The notes below the pieces were generated by a model that saw only the letters and a program-made list of their open reading frames with translations, was not told the DNA's origin and ran no database searches. This document shows, piece by piece, positions 61,220-64,000 of a stretch of DNA of 64,000 nucleotides. A program made the translations under genes and the position numbers. This DNA is from Monocercomonoides exilis PA203 (taxonomy: Eukaryota > Protista > Preaxostyla): contig LSRY02000018.1 in assembly GCA_001643675.2 (NCBI GenBank), forward strand, positions 558,001 to 622,000, given 5' to 3'. Positions within the stretch are counted from its first letter, which is position 1. Every line of letters starts with the position of its first letter.

Positions 61220-64000
61220 GTGATTGAAGATTTGAGGTGAAGCAGAACGAGAAGGAGAGGAAGCACTGTTTGCATGGAATTCGAAAGAATGGATAACGAT
61301 GAATGGATTTGTGATGGAAGTGGAAGTGATTATTAATGGGAAATCACCAATCACAATGACAAGTGGAGTGAAATTGGAGATTTTGAATAGCAGAGTGAGT
61401 GGAGTGGAGGAAAATATGGAAGTTGCATGTGGAAATGGAGGAGGGGGATGTTTGAATGTTGGGATGGGAGTTATTGGGAATGTGAAAATTGAAGAAAGCA
61501 ATTTTTCATCAAGATGCTCAGGTGGAAGTGGGATGAAAGTGGGAGGGATGAAGATATCAGTGGGGAAGAGAGGGAGTTTGGAGATGAAAAATGTGAAATA
61601 TAATGAATGCGAAGTGCCGATAGAGGATGATGAGAATGGAGGAAAAGGAATGGGAGGAGGGATGTTTGTTGAATTGTCAGATGAAATGGGATTTTTAGTG
61701 TTGGAAGGAATGACATTTGAGGGATGCAATGCCTGGAAAGGGAATGATGTGTTTGTTTCAGGATGGTATCTGAGAGAGATTGTGAATGAGGAGAACCTGA
61801 AATGGGAGATAAAGGAAGAGGAGTTGGGATCATTGGATAAGCTGTGTTGGTGGGAGAGGAAGACAACAGGAGAGGAGGGATATGTGATTCCATTGGTTGT
61901 GTATCTGTGGAGCAACTGGAGTGGGGATGGGTTTGTCACTTTTGAAAGTGGAAAAGATTTCAGTGGTTGTGGGTATTCAGAAGCTCCATGCTCATCGATT
62001 GACCACTTGACATCACTTCGATATCCAACACTTGGAAAAGGCGAATACAAGATCAGCATTGTGGGATCAGGGTTGTTGATCCATTCCATAAAATTTTCTT
62101 TTTCATTTTGATTTATATCTTCATCTTCATCTTCATCATCAATTTCAGATTCACCAAAAGTGGTGATTGAAGGAACAAAGAAAGGCACAGCAGTGATTAT
62201 CAGTGTTGAAGATGAGAATGATGCAAATGGCAGTCCATTAATATCATCTGGCGTTGGTTTGACACAGGTAAATTTGTCATTCTCAAATCCAAATCCAAAC
62301 AGTCATCATGAGATATTGATCGAATCATCAGGAGCAAACATCTGTTTGTCAGTTGTGGATTGCTCATTTGGCTCATTAAATGGAATGGCAGATGCAGGGT
62401 TTTGTGCGATGAAAGTGAATGGAGGCAGAGTTGTTGTTCAAGGATGTTCGATGGATGCAGTTGGTTAGTTGAGAGGGTTCATCGCTTTCAGTGCAACAGC
62501 AACAAGGGAGGTGATTGTGGAGGATGTGAACATCTCGAATGTTGGGGTGAAGGAGAGAAGTCTGATATCGATGTTTGAGGATGAACAGACGAATGGGAAG
62601 AATATCAAAAGAGGGATGAATGGAGGGGAAAACAGGCATTCAAACAACGAAAAAGTGGTGATAAAAGTGAATGGGTCTTCGTTCACAAACATCACAAATG
62701 GAGAAAACAGAGTAGGGGTGATGAGTGTGGATTCGTTTGCGAGGGCAATGGAGTGTGTGTTGGAGGGGTGTTCGGTTACGAGTTGCAGGAGTGAAATGAG
62801 CGAGGAAGGAGGAGGGATGAAAGTGTGTCTGAAGAGATGAGAATCAGAAGTGAGAGTTGTTGGATGCTTGTTGTGGATGTGTTCGTGCTCGGGGGTGAAG
62901 GGAAGAGGAGGCGGGGTAATGATTGATGCACTTGACCCGAATGTGGAGCACACAAACACGGAAATGCCACAACTTGGGCTGAGATTGGATGATATCCGAT
63001 TCATGATGAATGATGCATTTGTGGGGAAGGATGTGTTCATCCGATGCGATTCGATTGTGTCACAGTTGAATGAAAGACTGTTTGGACTGGACTTCAACCA
63101 GGAAGCGCTGAAGTGGAAGTACTCGATGTGTGGGAGCGATGAAGAAGGTAAAGTTGATGTTGATCTGATCCCTCTGATCACATTCTTTCGTTTAGCACAG
63201 GTGTTTGTCTCTTTGAGTGGAAGAGATGACAGACAATGTGGGGCGCAGAACAATCCTTGCCTGAGCATTGGAAGTGCTATGAAGCACATTCAAAGAGGAG
63301 TGTGGAATTCCATTTGGATTGATGGGGAAGGTGTGATTGGTGGAGAGTGTGTGATTGGGGATATGAATGTGAAGAGTCTAAAGAAGACTCAATCGACAAT
63401 TATTCTTAATGGAAAGATGGAGATTGTGGAGGATGAAGGGAGTGTGGTTGTGTTCGTGAATGAGAGTTCCGTGGAGAAATGAAATTTCTTGTTTGGATTG
63501 AGCTTTGAATCAGAGTATTCATTCATTGTGAAAGTGAAGAATGGAACATTGGGGGTGAGTGAGCGTTGGTGGAAGAGTGTTGGAACGACGACACTTTTGA
63601 ACAGCATAATTGTGGAAGTGGAGTGGGTAGAGCTGGAGATGGAAAAATGTGTTGTCAGCAGTGTTTCCACTTCACAACAGATATTGTCAGTCTGTGAAGG
63701 GAGCAAGGCTGTGATATATCAGCTGAGGATGAGCGATATCGAGAGCGAGGATGGAGGGATTGTTGATGCGAAGAAAGCAAGGGTGGAGGCGAAGGAGATG
63801 TCGATGAGCAACATCACCAGACAGAACAGAGGGAGCATAGTGAAGATCGTTGATTGTGCAGAAAGAGTGGATTTGATGAAGTGCTCGATGAGGATGTGTT
63901 TGGGAAAAGAAGAGAAAGGATGGATGGTGAGTGTGTGGAACTGTGAATGTGTGAACGTTTATTGTTGTGAGTTTGATGGAGAAAAGGTGGAGAATGAAGA
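61220..64000 (+). pseudogene. Large repetitive (beta-helix/pectin-lyase-like) surface protein family member, runs off the window; several in-frame stops
   Basis: Repeated module GGG..FxxCxAxxGxDVF(V/I)...IPL..(Y/F)...GxDxxxCGxxxxPCxSI. Consecutive same-frame ORFs are broken by stops at 62109, 62466, 62838 and 63480. Confidence 0.7.

Noticed and set aside
61214-63289. Long minus-strand ORFs (324 aa and 274 aa)
   Set aside because: Antisense shadows of the plus-strand repeat-protein frame, Pro/Ser/Phe-rich with no motifs.

Overview
AT-rich eukaryotic nuclear DNA with short GT-AG introns and the standard genetic code. The gene families and composition resemble an oxymonad such as Monocercomonoides; this is inference, not a database match. 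One small island of intact housekeeping genes lies at 5.4-8.2 kb: RPS19, a Sec20-like SNARE and a Pho80-type cyclin. The rest is dominated by mobile DNA from many superfamilies: an apparently intact, intron-containing pogo/Fot1 (DD35D) element with perfect TIRs, decayed hAT, two Tc1/IS630 (DD34E) copies, a structurally complete DIRS tyrosine-recombinase retrotransposon, an ISL2EU/Harbinger pseudogene, a Merlin element, about 1-kb foldback elements and several MITE families. Between them are decayed copies of lineage-expanded gene families. The most unusual observations are: (i) fixed-length 255-bp plus 240-bp palindromic units that recur as a tandem pair at ATAT sites; (ii) a TIR element carrying a tRNA-like Pol III cassette and telomere-type repeats; (iii) an unnamed protein domain found four times in 64 kb; (iv) a three-level nested insertion at 57-60 kb.
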